64,000 bases of DNA, taken from NCBI GenBank assembly GCA_965228745.1, contig CBDDID010000003.1:20152-84151 (forward strand), in the 5' to 3' direction. The position numbers and the translations under genes were made by a program. Of the stretch, positions 48,342 to 59,077 are shown one piece after another. The notes beneath the pieces are model-generated. The model ran no database searches. It saw only the letters and a program-made list of their open reading frames with translations, and was not told where the DNA came from. The DNA comes from Leptonemataceae bacterium (GTDB lineage Bacteria; Spirochaetota; Leptospiria; Leptospirales; Leptonemataceae). The stretch's first letter is position 1. Each line of letters starts with the position of its first letter.

Positions 48342-48400
48342 ACGTGGGTTTTTTCTGCGGCAAATTGGCCGCCGTTCCGATCTTATAACGGAGCAATTCT

Positions 48401-49582
48401 ATGTCAGCCCGGGTCCAGAAAAAAATTGAAGACTACCGTAAAGACCGTTCCCTGCAGCAGGATTTCCTGCAACATTGCAAGGCCGTTCCCATAGAGGCCA
48501 TTCTTTGGCCAGATAAATATGCCCGGCTTTTTTCGGCCGACTTTCTGGTCAAAAAGGGGAAGAAGGAACTGCCCTATCCCCTGGTCGAAACAGATGACCA
48601 GATAAAGGTTCTGCAGGGATTGTTTCATCACTGGAATGGCGCTGATGCGGATAGTCCCGAGCATCCCCTGGTTCTCTGCTATTATCTGAATGAATTCCAG
48701 AAACCGTTTCGCCCCAGACAAAAAAGGAAAGGGACTGCTCTTCAGCGCGCTACCCGAACTGTGCTGAACGAAAAGAAAGGCAAGAATGTATCTGCTGCGG
48801 AACTCAAGCGTCGCGAAAAGGAAAAAGAGAAAGAGAAGCATTACAAGAAGCTTCAGACTCTGAAAAACAAATTACAAATCGAAAAGGGCCTCAAGAAAGC
48901 CGAATCCTCGGAAATCCAATGGGCTATCTTTCTCGCTCTGCGCGACCTGGTGCGAGATCGAGGCGAGCTTCTAGAAGGAGCTCATGAGGTTCCCGCAGAA
49001 AGGGTACGGGACATCAAGACATCGGATCAGGATTTGAAGAAGCGCCTGGAAGAAGTTCTGGAAGAGGGTGAGGATCTTCGTGCTCAACTCAAGCGTGAAA
49101 CTACGCGGGCGGATCTTCTTGAAGAAGAAGTGCAGCGTCTGGCCGAACAAATCATTTCTTCTCCTACCACAATCGTAACCCGTGGCGATGCCTCGGAAAT
49201 GGAAAGCCTGAAGCAGGAATATAGCCTGTTATCGCAAAAGTATGATGCCCTGGTAAGCAAGAACATCGATCTTGCAAATCGTCTGAACCGAGTGGATCAG
49301 GCAGTAAGACTGGAACAGGTGCTGGATAATATTCGAGACCGAGTCAACAGCATCATCCGCTCTGGTGTCCTTAAAGAAGAGATCCTGCTCTCCCGAATCG
49401 GAAGCGAAGTAGAGCAACTGCAGCGCGCTCGAGTTTATCTGGGCCGGGCACTCTTTGATATGGGCATGCTCTACTTGAGGATGGGTAAGAAAGAAGCGGC
49501 ATTTCAGGAGCTTCGCGCAGCACGGGAGCTGGGCGTAGAGGATCCCGAGGCGGATCGTTTTCTGCAGTCTGTAAGATCCTGA
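48401..49582 (+). CDS. coiled-coil protein with a TPR-like C-terminus
   Basis: 393 aa. K/E-rich heptad-like centre and the C-terminal LGRALFDMGMLYLRMGKKEAAFQELRAA. No family recognised. Confidence 0.55.
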   Translation: MSARVQKKIEDYRKDRSLQQDFLQHCKAVPIEAILWPDKYARLFSADFLVKKGKKELPYPLVETDDQIKVLQGLFHHWNGADADSPEHPLVLCYYLNEFQKPFRPRQKRKGTALQRATRTVLNEKKGKNVSAAELKRREKEKEKEKHYKKLQTLKNKLQIEKGLKKAESSEIQWAIFLALRDLVRDRGELLEGAHEVPAERVRDIKTSDQDLKKRLEEVLEEGEDLRAQLKRETTRADLLEEEVQRLAEQIISSPTTIVTRGDASEMESLKQEYSLLSQKYDALVSKNIDLANRLNRVDQAVRLEQVLDNIRDRVNSIIRSGVLKEEILLSRIGSEVEQLQRARVYLGRALFDMGMLYLRMGKKEAAFQELRAARELGVEDPEADRFLQSVRS

Positions 49583-49808
49583 TGGAGGGCAATGCCGAAT
49601 GTGGCAGATTTGCGGGACATCTGAGAAAGGACCATAGTCTCTGTCTCCGGCCGGACCCGTGCCTTGAATGACCGCCTGGCCGCTGGCCTGATCGGGTAGG
49701 CAGGCATCGAGTCCCGGGGAAACATCCAGGTTAAAATGGATATCTGATCTGCGGCCCTTTATCGTTTAATGTAGCTCTGCCCTGTCTGAGCCGATTCCTG
49801 AAAAGTAT

Positions 49809-50252
49809 ATGCGTGCACTGGTTCAAAGAGTCCTGGAAGCCTCCGTGACCGTCGAAGGAAAAGCAATTTCTTCTATTGGCGGTGGGATGCTAATTCTGTT
49901 GGGCGCAATGCAGGAAGACGATGAACTACGGGCACAGAGTCTGGCTCAAAGGATCAGCCGATTTCGCATATTCGAGGACTCAGAGGGTAAGATGAACCTT
50001 TCTCTCCTGGACACGGGCGGTGCAGCCCTGGTGGTATCTCAATTTACATTGTGCGCCGATCTTAGTCGCGGCAATCGGCCATCATTTGGTCCTGCGGCGA
50101 AGCCCGATAAGGCCAGGGATCTGTACAGGGTTTTCTGTGAATCTCTGGCCGCGGCTGGAGTTCCTGTTCACACCGGAGAATTTGGAGCAGATATGAAGGT
50201 TGGCCTGGTTAATGATGGCCCGGTAACGTTTATGCTACAGGAGCCTCGCTAA
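49809..50252 (+). CDS. dtd: D-aminoacyl-tRNA deacylase
   Basis: MRALVQRV...VSQFTL...NDGPVT, characteristic of Dtd. 147 aa. Confidence 0.9.
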   Translation: MRALVQRVLEASVTVEGKAISSIGGGMLILLGAMQEDDELRAQSLAQRISRFRIFEDSEGKMNLSLLDTGGAALVVSQFTLCADLSRGNRPSFGPAAKPDKARDLYRVFCESLAAAGVPVHTGEFGADMKVGLVNDGPVTFMLQEPR

Positions 50253-50311
50253 CTTCAGGGAAGCAATCTTTAGGTAAAAAGACTGGCCTTATCTTCTCAG
50301 ACTGTTAAAAG

Positions 50312-51418
50312 ATGGTCATGTTCGCCGAAGTAACGGAATTCCTCCAGGGGACGTACTACGGTAGCACCCTTCGTCAATGGTTTATCGCTCTGGGCCTGAT
50401 CGTGGTCTCTGTGGTTCTCGGGCGCCTGCTTTACTGGATTTCCGGTCGCTGGATAAAGATGCTGGCGAGCCGAACAAGCTCTCGAATCGATGATATTCTT
50501 GTAGATATGCTCGAAGAGCCTCTGGTGGGGCTCTTCATTGTCGTCGGTGTCCGGTACTCTCTTAGCTTTCTGTCTCTCGATTCAAACCTTATTGAGATCC
50601 TTGATCAGGCTACAAGGTTTGCGATAACTCTCCTCATTACCTGGTTGCTCGTCCGGCTCTACGATGCCGTCCATCGGGAATATCTGGTCAAGCTTGCAGA
50701 AGGTACAGAAACAGATCTGGACGATCAGCTTCTTCCTGTGCTCCGCAATGGTGTCCGGTTTCTGCTCTTTGTCCTCGGCGGTGTTGTCGCACTGAACAAT
50801 GCTGGTTTTGATGTCGGTGCAGTCCTCGCCGGGCTTGGCATTGGCGGTCTGGCCTTTGCTCTGGCAGGGCAGGACACCGTGGCAAATCTATTCGGAGGAG
50901 TCACTATCCTGGTCCAGAGGCCCTTCAAGTTGAAGGATAGGATTATGGTGTCCGGGGTAGAGGGATACGTGGATGAGCTTGGATTACGAACTACACAATT
51001 AAAGAGTATTAGTGGGGAAAAAATCCAGATCCCCAACAAATTCTTTATAGCCAGCACCATCCAGAATCTGGACGACTGCGATTATTATTTTGGCCTGGAG
51101 ACCTTTTTGCTGCACAGGAATACAAGCGGTGATCAGGTTGATCGTCTTCTTTCGCAGTTAAATGAACTAAGAGATGAGCATGAAGATGTAATGTGGTGCC
51201 TGGGGGTCCTGAACGGTCTGAATGAATTTGGCATGGAAGTGCAACTTGCCTATGGTGTTCATCGATTTCAGCACTCTGAGAAGTACTTCAATCATCTTGA
51301 GAAGAAGGCGGTGGTGAAGACATTTCTTAACAGGCGTGCCTATGATCTCCTAAAGGATAATTCGATAAAAATGGCTAATCCCGTCTATCTTGGCCTCCGG
51401 CGTAAGGAAGACCAATAA
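50312..51418 (+). CDS. mechanosensitive ion channel (MscS family)
   Basis: TM region followed by LANLFGGVTILVQRPFKLKDRI, the MscS beta-domain signature. Confidence 0.85.
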   Translation: MVMFAEVTEFLQGTYYGSTLRQWFIALGLIVVSVVLGRLLYWISGRWIKMLASRTSSRIDDILVDMLEEPLVGLFIVVGVRYSLSFLSLDSNLIEILDQATRFAITLLITWLLVRLYDAVHREYLVKLAEGTETDLDDQLLPVLRNGVRFLLFVLGGVVALNNAGFDVGAVLAGLGIGGLAFALAGQDTVANLFGGVTILVQRPFKLKDRIMVSGVEGYVDELGLRTTQLKSISGEKIQIPNKFFIASTIQNLDDCDYYFGLETFLLHRNTSGDQVDRLLSQLNELRDEHEDVMWCLGVLNGLNEFGMEVQLAYGVHRFQHSEKYFNHLEKKAVVKTFLNRRAYDLLKDNSIKMANPVYLGLRRKEDQ

Positions 51419-51489
51419 GGCGGCGGCAGTGCTCTGCTACAAATTGCTCTCCGGACGGTTCTGGCTGTTGCGCCCGTCTCATCGGCTCA

Positions 51490-52383
51490 TCAGGCCGGCT
51501 GAGCTTCGTCCTTGCGTTTTACATCCACGGATACGCGAACCCGGTGTTTGCCTCCTCCAAAGAGCACCCCTCGCAGAGGACTCACATCCTGATAATCTCG
51601 GCCTACCGCCGCCTGGATATATTCGTAGGTTCTGAGCTTTCCATTGGTAGGATCCAGGTCCAGCCAGCCATGCCCGGGGATGTAAATCGAGACCCATGCA
51701 TGACTTGCATCCGCGCCCTGCAGTCTGGGCTGACCGGGAGGAGGATAGGTCTCAATGTAGCCACTTACATACCGACAGGGTAGGCCCAGGCTTCTTAACG
51801 CCGCCAGGAAGATATGACTGAAATCCTGGCATACACCGGCGCGAATTCTCATTACATCGTGCAGGGGAGTCAGGATGGTAGTGGCCTCAGAATCGTAGGA
51901 GAACTCCTGATAGATTCGCCGGGTCAATGCCAGTGCGGCTTCGGCAAATGGGCGACCAGGAACAAAATCCTGGGATGCCAGTTCGGCAAACTCAGGTCCG
52001 GTGGGAACAAACCGCGAGGGCAGAGTGAACTGCACGATTTCCAGTTCTTCTGGATGGAGCGCCCGGCGGATTTGATCTCGAACCAGTTCATGGGGCGGAG
52101 TCGATGCCAGCTCCAGAGGAGCCGGGTCTTCGGTAAAAAGGTCGGTGGTGCTAACAAATTCAATGTGCGAATGAGGTTGCTCGACTGAAAAGTAATGTAC
52201 TGCGTTGCCAAAATAGTCCTTTCGCCTTTCCCGAATGGCCGGCATAGGATCGCATTGCAGCTGAAAACTTCGTACCGTCTGTATGGAGCTATCCTGCGGC
52301 TCCATCAATGCCAGGTTCTGGCAAAGCGAAACCGTTTCTTCGTAATCGTATCTGGAAACGTGAGTTACTATATATTCAGGCAC
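51490..52383 (-). CDS. transglutaminase-family protein (Bact_transglu_N plus transglutaminase core)
   Basis: N-terminal YIVTHVSRYDYE pattern and core GVCQDFSHIFLAALRSLGLPCRYVSGY...ASHAWV...GWLDLDPTNG (Cys-His-Asp). Start set to GTG 52383, behind GGAGGA. It overlaps the upstream stop (GTGCCTGA). Confidence 0.8.
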   Translation of the reverse strand: MPEYIVTHVSRYDYEETVSLCQNLALMEPQDSSIQTVRSFQLQCDPMPAIRERRKDYFGNAVHYFSVEQPHSHIEFVSTTDLFTEDPAPLELASTPPHELVRDQIRRALHPEELEIVQFTLPSRFVPTGPEFAELASQDFVPGRPFAEAALALTRRIYQEFSYDSEATTILTPLHDVMRIRAGVCQDFSHIFLAALRSLGLPCRYVSGYIETYPPPGQPRLQGADASHAWVSIYIPGHGWLDLDPTNGKLRTYEYIQAAVGRDYQDVSPLRGVLFGGGKHRVRVSVDVKRKDEAQPA

Positions 52384-55300
52384 CCAGATCCTCCAGTTGC
52401 TGGCTGTGTTCCATATACTGAAAATACCGGTCGCTAATGGCATCGGAGAGATCATGGGTCAATTTCTGGCATTCCAGAGAAAAGGCCCGAATCCTGTCGG
52501 TTAGTAGCGAGCCATCCTGCCCGATGAGGGATTCGATTTCGGTCAAATGAACTTTCGTATAGAGTTCCAGCGCCAGTTTTCGTTCCCGGCTCTTATCCGG
52601 GTTCTCTACGCCAGGGAGGGACGAGCTCATAGAATACATCTCGTCCACCTGGAAAATCAAAGACCTGGGGTTGGATCGATCAAAAAGCAGGATGTCCAGA
52701 ACACTTCGGACATCCATTCGGTTTCGGTATCTGCGTCTGTAGGTAATGCTGATGTCGTTGATGCGAAGGATTCCATCCAGGAGATCCCACCAGTCCAGGG
52801 ATGGGGTTCTCGAAAGAGAGTAGATCAGTCGTAGTAAGAATAGGGAGCGTTCCAGTCTTTTGCCGAATCCCGGAAAGAAGTAAGACGCTTCCCGGCTCAT
52901 GTTCTCCGACAGGTGCCCTGTGAGTGAAGTTAGAAGGAGGATGATTTGAAATAGCGCCTCGGAAGCTTCAACGATATCATCTTCCTGGAGAGAGGCCAGG
53001 GTGCTTTCCAGGCCTGCAATCACCCTTCTTGTGTCTTCCGAGAGTCGGTCGCGAATCCTTCTTCCGGATTGAACCAGGGCCTGGAGATCATGGGCCATGG
53101 AACCGGCATCCCCCATGCGAACCAGCATAAAGGAAACAATGTCTTCTGAATACTGTGGACCGATGCTGCCTGCAATATCGGTGAGTAATCCGGAAAGTGT
53201 GCTCTGAAGGACTGTTACGCTGTTTCCATCGTCCGAGCTCTCTACAATCATTCTCAGAAAACGGCACTGATTCTCGGCTCTTTCGGCATAGCGTGCAAGC
53301 CAGAATAGATTATCTGCAACGCGGCCCGGTAGACCAATACCTTTGCGAAAAATTTCCGTAGCATCTGCAGGAGCAGAAAGCAGGGTCTCCTGTTTTTGAG
53401 GTTCACTGGCCAGAATCCAGATGTCCTTGCTTAGCGCTCCTGCTTGATTCGTAATAATGAAGTTCTCTGGATTTACAGTAAATCGTGCAAGGCCGCCGGG
53501 CAGTACAACATAACCGGAGTCCGCTGCAGCGATGAAAGTGCGATAGATTCCCCGGGCCGGGTTGAACTGGCCGTTTTGAAATACCGGGCAGCTGCATCCA
53601 GAAAGCACTTCCTGCGCAATAAAATTGTAAGGCCTTTCCTGAATTCTGGACCACAGTTCCTTGCGGTCCGAGTCATCCATATACTCCAGAAAGTATCCTT
53701 CTTCGCCGCGGCGGCGAATTGTGGGTTTGATGGCAATATCGGTTCTGTGTCGCACCTCCTGTAAATGGCTCTCATCTCCCAGCCAGTAGGTTCTGACATT
53801 GGGAAGGATTAGATCTTCTCCGAGAAAGTGCCTTGATAATTCCGGGAGATAGGCCAGCAGGGATCGATCCTCAAGAATGCCACATCCAGGAGGATTCAAT
53901 ACGGTTACCGTGCCAGCTCGAACACATTGAAGAAGACCGGGGATGCCCAGAAGAGAGTCTCCTCTCAATTCCAGCGAGTCCAGAAATGCGTCGTCGATTC
54001 TGCGAAATACAATGTCTACCTGCTGAAAACCTTCTACTGTCTTCAAATACAGGCGCTGCTCTCTTACCGTAAGGTCATCGGCCTGCGCCAGCGTGAAACC
54101 CAGATACGAGGCCAGATAGGCATGTTCGAAATAGGTCTCATTGGCCGGTCCGGGGCTTAGCAGGATGGTTAGCGGATCCTTTTTTCGGATTTGCGCCCTG
54201 CGAATCATGTTTCTGCGAAGCGTGCGAAAGTAGGTGGCCAGCCTGTGCACCTGACTATCGCGATAGATGCTGGGCAGAACCCGGGAAAGAACGATCCGAT
54301 TCTCCAGGCTGTAGCCGGAGCCAGAGGGAGCCTGAATTCGATCTCCCAGAGCCACAAAGCTTCCATCAGTATTTCTGCTTACGTCGGTGGCAAAATAGGA
54401 CAGTGCATTGCTTCGCGGGGCAAATAAATCATGACAGGGACGCAAGAAGGCCGGTGATCGAAAGAGCAGATCCGGAGGCAGCAATTTCTCCTGGATTGCT
54501 GTGCGCTGATTGTATAGATCGGTGAGCACCAGATCCAGTAATTCGGCTCTTTGAATCAGGCCTCTCTCCAGGGGAGACCATTCATCGCTGGGGATGATTA
54601 CAGGAATCAGGTCAAGGGGCCAGATTCGGTTTTCTCCGGCCGGGCTGCCGTAAATACTATAGGTGACTCCGTTTTCCCGCAGGAGCCTGAAAGCTTCATT
54701 TCTTCGCTGTTGCAGCCTTTCGGTGCCCAGACTATCAAGGCTTGAAATCAGGAAATCGTAGTGGGGGCGAATTTGGCCGTTCTGCAAAAACTCATCATGA
54801 ATGCCTGGAATCGGCTGATAGCCAGACATTAGCTGCTTTTGCAGTGTTTCCATATAGGGGTCAGACAACAGGTCCTGCACTTCTCCGGCCAGCCTTAAAT
54901 CCAGCGTACACGGGAACTCCGGGTTGTCTATGGCCACAGGGGCCGGGGCCGCCGTTGAGCCAAAATCCCCTGCCTGAAAACGGCTAATCCGGCGGCTTTC
55001 GGCTTCCAGGGCATTTACAGGCAGGGTTTCATAGCTTCGGCCTCCGGGATGCGCTACATGGTAGGTACAGCCGGTAACGTATCTTTCATTGTAGGTATCA
55101 AACAGAGAAAAAATCAGTGGATTGTCGGGCTCAAGATGCGGATGCATTGTGGATGCAGGGTTCCAGGCCTTGAACCGAATGCCGGCTACTCGTTTGTCTG
55201 TTCCTACCTTTTTCAGGGGTACGCGATAGCCATTGCAGGCCAGTTCATACCGCTGGGCCGGATCTCCTTCCAGAGATACTTGCATTCGTTCTGTGGCTGA

Positions 55301-58138
55301 ATCCACAGCCCTTGATGTCCCTCCTGCATTGGCTTCTTCTCCCAGCACGTTCCAGGGCTCCAGGCCCATGCGGAGCTCCAGGCGAATGCCGGGATATAGA
55401 ACTTCGCCGTACACCGGAAAGCGAAACTCGAAGAACGGTTCGAAAAGCTCCATCGGGAGATCTATATCAATCTCTTGCAGGTCATCCAGTACTTCCTGGA
55501 GGTCCTGTCGGATGTAATGAGGAATCATAAATCGGTCCCTCAAATCCAGGCCCCAGCGAACCAGTCTGGGTCGCGGAGGATGCTTTCGCATAAAGCAAAG
55601 GATGGCACCAATCAGTGCCTGCTGTACGGCGCTCATCTTCCAGTGAGGAGGCATTTCGAAAGCTCGCATTTCTAGCAGGCCACGTCTTCCTCCCAGGGAT
55701 ACTGGATCGTAGAGTTTATCTATGCAGAATTCGGCTCTATGGGTATTGCCAGTGAGGTCCGTAAGATGATGCCTGAGAAGCCTGTCTATCATGTAAGGTG
55801 GGCAGTCTTTCTTGTATCCTACAAGCTTCTTCAAGGCCAGCTCTAGATCGTACAGAGTGTCGGTCCGGGCTTCATCGATGCGAGGCGCCTGGCTGGTAGG
55901 ACCAATAAACAGACCAGAAAAAAGATAACTCAGTGCAGGATGCCGTTGCCAGTAAACAATGAGGGAAGGCAACAGGGAAGGGAACCTGAGAAAGGGGCTT
56001 TCCAGCGTGCTTCTGGCTCCCAGCGTAATATGGTTCCCTCCGCCAGTGGCTGCCGGTCGCCCATCAATCATGAACTTCTGAGTAGTGAGGCCTTCTTCTT
56101 TCGCAGAGCGGTAGAGAACCTGAGTGATTTGAGCGGACTCCTGTAGCGTGCCGGATGGCTGCAAATTAACTTCCAGGACCCCCGGGTCCGGAGTGATAGA
56201 GAGATGGTTCAGGGCCGGATGGGCTGGAGGGGGATGACCTTCCCATACAAAATCTACTTTGATGCTCTCCAGGCAGGATTCAATATGAGCGATGAGAGAT
56301 AGATGCGAAAAGACAGAGGAGGGCGGTGGAAGAAAAATATGTAGCTTCTTCTGTCTTACTTCTACCACCAGAGCCACTCGAAGAGGCTCCCGATCCCGGT
56401 CATCTTTCAGTGTGTATCCGTTTTGAACCTTTAGTAGATGTTCCGGGTCTGGCAAATGCGCGGTAAGTTCGGTGGGATCCTCTAGATAGACACTGCGAAA
56501 TCCATCGCCCAGAGCACCCAGAGGTAATCGCAGGCCTGCCGGGGAATCGCCTGGATGAAGAAAAATGTGGCTTCGCCTTGTTTCCCAGACCGAGGAGGAC
56601 CATCTCTGGCTTTCGGGCTCATAGGCCAGGGGCAATACGTAAGCCTGAGGTTCGGACAGGTCTTCTTCTAAAAGTCGCAGTACGCGGTTTCTTTCCAGTC
56701 CATGAAAGCTATCCAGCTCTTTCAGTCTGGCTGCGTTTTCTGGAAGGGACGCTTCGCTTCTGAGTAATTCCAGAGGATCTTCATGTAATGGCTGCAGGAA
56801 TTTTGAATCCAGTTTCAGGCGTTTGCAGAGGGCCTGAAGTAACTTTTCTGCATCCGTGGAGACGGCCGGTTTGCGCTCCGTGGCTTCTGCGTAGAGGAGG
56901 CTCATGGGATGGCCGTCCAGCCTCCAATGTGCAAAATAGGCCCATCGCGGTAGCGGCTCTCCTGGGTACCATTTCCCCTGGCCTGCGATAAACAACGGGG
57001 ATGGAAGTGCCAGATTGTGAACAAGGCGATTGCGAAGACGTTCGGCATAGTCTCGCTTCTTTTTGTCTCCATCCGGGGCCATGGCCTGGAAGTTCCATTC
57101 CGGGCTATCGAAATCCTCGTCGGATACGAACGTAGGCTCCCCTCCCATGGTAAGGCGCATATCCAGGTCGTTCAGCTGATCGTCGATGGAAGGGACAATC
57201 TTTTGAAACTCTTCGAACAATCCATCCCTGTAGGGTTTTGTGGTTCGGGGCGCTTCCTGCAGTCGTTCCACCTTCATTTCAAATTGAAGTGTGGATTCGC
57301 ATGGATCTGTGGCTCCGCTCACCGGGGCAGCCCGAGCCGGTTCAGCGGCCGAGAACAATGGGATGTGCCCTTCGCCCGTGAGCAGTCCCGACGTTGGGTC
57401 CAGACCAACCCATCCGGCTCCTGGAAGAAATACTTCGGTCCAGGCATGCAGATCGGTGAAGTCCTGTTCCGGACCAGCTGGCCCTTTCCTGGGGGGCTCA
57501 TCGGCTTTGAGCTGAATCAAGTAGCCGGAGCAGAATCTACTGGCCAGTCCCAGTCGGCGAAAGATGTGCATCAGCAGAAAAGAGGAGTCCCTGCAGGAGC
57601 CCTTGCCGCTTTCAATGGTTTGCTGGCAAGACTGAATGCCTGGCTCCATGCGAATGACATATCCCACGCGGTTGGCTACAAATTGATTGATGGCCACCAG
57701 CATATCCACTGTGGTCATGTCCGGACGGATGATTTCTCTATGGATCTGTTCTACCCAGTCCAGAAGTTCTCGGTCCTGGACTCCAGAGTGCTGGTAAATG
57801 GCCAGATCATTGAGGAGTTCTTCCGGGTATGGGAACGGAAATGTATTGGCCTCGGGCTCCAGGAAGAAGTCGAAAGGATTTACGGTTCGAAGCTCCACCA
57901 CCATATCCACCTGGACACGGAGTTCCCAGGATTTTTCTGGAAATACCAGCCTTGCCAGGAAGTTACCCGCAGGATCCTGCTGCCAGTTCAGAAAATGCTC
58001 CGGATTCACTTTCAGGGAATAGGAATGAATATGAGCTCTGGTATGTGGCGCCGGTCTCAGGCGAATGGAATGCGGATGTATCTGAACTGGTCGGTCGAAT
58101 CGATAGGATGTCAGGTGATGCAGAGAAACACGAGTCAT
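52376..58138 (-). CDS. 1920-aa fusion: transglutaminase N-terminal and core plus DUF2126-like region, circularly permuted ATP-grasp (type 2), and alpha-E domain
   Basis: aa 1-250 carry Bact_transglu_N and the core (C182, H231, D247 in GKGSCRDSS...DLHAWTE...GLDPTSG). A DUF2126-like body runs to ~aa 1082 (...CTLDLRL). ~aa 1113-1602 is CP-ATP-grasp-like (IRPHYDFL...GVTYSIYG...VLNPPGCGILEDRSL). aa 1603-1920 is alpha-E-like (RVADNLFWLARYAERAEN). One uninterrupted frame. Confidence 0.85.
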   Translation of the reverse strand: MTRVSLHHLTSYRFDRPVQIHPHSIRLRPAPHTRAHIHSYSLKVNPEHFLNWQQDPAGNFLARLVFPEKSWELRVQVDMVVELRTVNPFDFFLEPEANTFPFPYPEELLNDLAIYQHSGVQDRELLDWVEQIHREIIRPDMTTVDMLVAINQFVANRVGYVIRMEPGIQSCQQTIESGKGSCRDSSFLLMHIFRRLGLASRFCSGYLIQLKADEPPRKGPAGPEQDFTDLHAWTEVFLPGAGWVGLDPTSGLLTGEGHIPLFSAAEPARAAPVSGATDPCESTLQFEMKVERLQEAPRTTKPYRDGLFEEFQKIVPSIDDQLNDLDMRLTMGGEPTFVSDEDFDSPEWNFQAMAPDGDKKKRDYAERLRNRLVHNLALPSPLFIAGQGKWYPGEPLPRWAYFAHWRLDGHPMSLLYAEATERKPAVSTDAEKLLQALCKRLKLDSKFLQPLHEDPLELLRSEASLPENAARLKELDSFHGLERNRVLRLLEEDLSEPQAYVLPLAYEPESQRWSSSVWETRRSHIFLHPGDSPAGLRLPLGALGDGFRSVYLEDPTELTAHLPDPEHLLKVQNGYTLKDDRDREPLRVALVVEVRQKKLHIFLPPPSSVFSHLSLIAHIESCLESIKVDFVWEGHPPPAHPALNHLSITPDPGVLEVNLQPSGTLQESAQITQVLYRSAKEEGLTTQKFMIDGRPAATGGGNHITLGARSTLESPFLRFPSLLPSLIVYWQRHPALSYLFSGLFIGPTSQAPRIDEARTDTLYDLELALKKLVGYKKDCPPYMIDRLLRHHLTDLTGNTHRAEFCIDKLYDPVSLGGRRGLLEMRAFEMPPHWKMSAVQQALIGAILCFMRKHPPRPRLVRWGLDLRDRFMIPHYIRQDLQEVLDDLQEIDIDLPMELFEPFFEFRFPVYGEVLYPGIRLELRMGLEPWNVLGEEANAGGTSRAVDSATERMQVSLEGDPAQRYELACNGYRVPLKKVGTDKRVAGIRFKAWNPASTMHPHLEPDNPLIFSLFDTYNERYVTGCTYHVAHPGGRSYETLPVNALEAESRRISRFQAGDFGSTAAPAPVAIDNPEFPCTLDLRLAGEVQDLLSDPYMETLQKQLMSGYQPIPGIHDEFLQNGQIRPHYDFLISSLDSLGTERLQQRRNEAFRLLRENGVTYSIYGSPAGENRIWPLDLIPVIIPSDEWSPLERGLIQRAELLDLVLTDLYNQRTAIQEKLLPPDLLFRSPAFLRPCHDLFAPRSNALSYFATDVSRNTDGSFVALGDRIQAPSGSGYSLENRIVLSRVLPSIYRDSQVHRLATYFRTLRRNMIRRAQIRKKDPLTILLSPGPANETYFEHAYLASYLGFTLAQADDLTVREQRLYLKTVEGFQQVDIVFRRIDDAFLDSLELRGDSLLGIPGLLQCVRAGTVTVLNPPGCGILEDRSLLAYLPELSRHFLGEDLILPNVRTYWLGDESHLQEVRHRTDIAIKPTIRRRGEEGYFLEYMDDSDRKELWSRIQERPYNFIAQEVLSGCSCPVFQNGQFNPARGIYRTFIAAADSGYVVLPGGLARFTVNPENFIITNQAGALSKDIWILASEPQKQETLLSAPADATEIFRKGIGLPGRVADNLFWLARYAERAENQCRFLRMIVESSDDGNSVTVLQSTLSGLLTDIAGSIGPQYSEDIVSFMLVRMGDAGSMAHDLQALVQSGRRIRDRLSEDTRRVIAGLESTLASLQEDDIVEASEALFQIILLLTSLTGHLSENMSREASYFFPGFGKRLERSLFLLRLIYSLSRTPSLDWWDLLDGILRINDISITYRRRYRNRMDVRSVLDILLFDRSNPRSLIFQVDEMYSMSSSLPGVENPDKSRERKLALELYTKVHLTEIESLIGQDGSLLTDRIRAFSLECQKLTHDLSDAISDRYFQYMEHSQQLEDLGA

Positions 58139-58140
58139 AG

Positions 58141-59076
58141 TTATACCGAAAAGTAGCGCTGTACGATCTGGCCGCCCACGTCATTCAGCCTGGTCTGTAC
58201 GGAATCCAGATATTCATGCATCCCTCTCTGGAATATTTCCTCGATGTCCGTGAAATTCAGCTCCGAAAGAAGCAGTCCTGTAGTTCTCTCAGCTTCGTTG
58301 GAGTACGATCGGCCGGAGTTCCCGGAGATGGATCGCAGGTTTCGGTCCAGTTCAGCCAGGCAGTAGATCAGTGCTCTGGGGAAGTCCCGGTTCAATATCA
58401 GGAACTCTGCGATGTTTTTGGGTGTAACTTTCTGGTAGATGCGATTGAACATCTCATGAGCGCTGGCGGACTTAAGAAGAGAGAGCCACTGGATTAGATC
58501 CAGGGTGGTTCCTACATCCTGTACGCTGGGAAGTAGTATGAAGTACTTCATATCCAGGATTCGAGTGGTCTTATCTGCTCTTTCTAAGTAACGGCCGGTC
58601 AATGCAAACCGATGCACTTCATCGTGAGATAATGTTGCATCCATTGTTCCGTAGAATAGGAGGCATGTGCGCCGCACTCTTGTATAGAATCGTTCCAGGC
58701 GCTCCATGTCCGATGTGTGACTCTGATTTTTGATCTCCAGGTAGAGTTCATTCAGAATTTGCCAGAGCTCGGTGCTGATGTTCTCTCGAATGGTTCGGGC
58801 ATTCTCTCTAGCTCGACGGATGCAGGACAGGATGGAGCTGGGATTTTCGCCATCGAATGTCATGAATTCGATAACGGTTTCTTTGGAGTATTCGCCGTAT
58901 CTCTCTTCGAACAATGTATTGTCGCCTGTGGTGGTTACCATTGGCCCCCACTGGTTCGCACTCTCGGGCGAATCCAGTGAAAGCTGAAAGTTCACATCCA
59001 TGAAGCGGCAATAGTTTTCTGCTCGCTCAATATAGCGATTCATCCAGTAGACGGAGTCAGCTACGCGACTCAGCAT
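58141..59076 (-). CDS. alpha-E domain protein
   Basis: MLSRVADSVYWMNRYIERAENYCRF is the alpha-E signature. A 2-nt gap separates it from the downstream gene and a 1-nt gap from the upstream gene. Confidence 0.85.
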   Translation of the reverse strand: MLSRVADSVYWMNRYIERAENYCRFMDVNFQLSLDSPESANQWGPMVTTTGDNTLFEERYGEYSKETVIEFMTFDGENPSSILSCIRRARENARTIRENISTELWQILNELYLEIKNQSHTSDMERLERFYTRVRRTCLLFYGTMDATLSHDEVHRFALTGRYLERADKTTRILDMKYFILLPSVQDVGTTLDLIQWLSLLKSASAHEMFNRIYQKVTPKNIAEFLILNRDFPRALIYCLAELDRNLRSISGNSGRSYSNEAERTTGLLLSELNFTDIEEIFQRGMHEYLDSVQTRLNDVGGQIVQRYFSV

Positions 59077-59077
59077 T

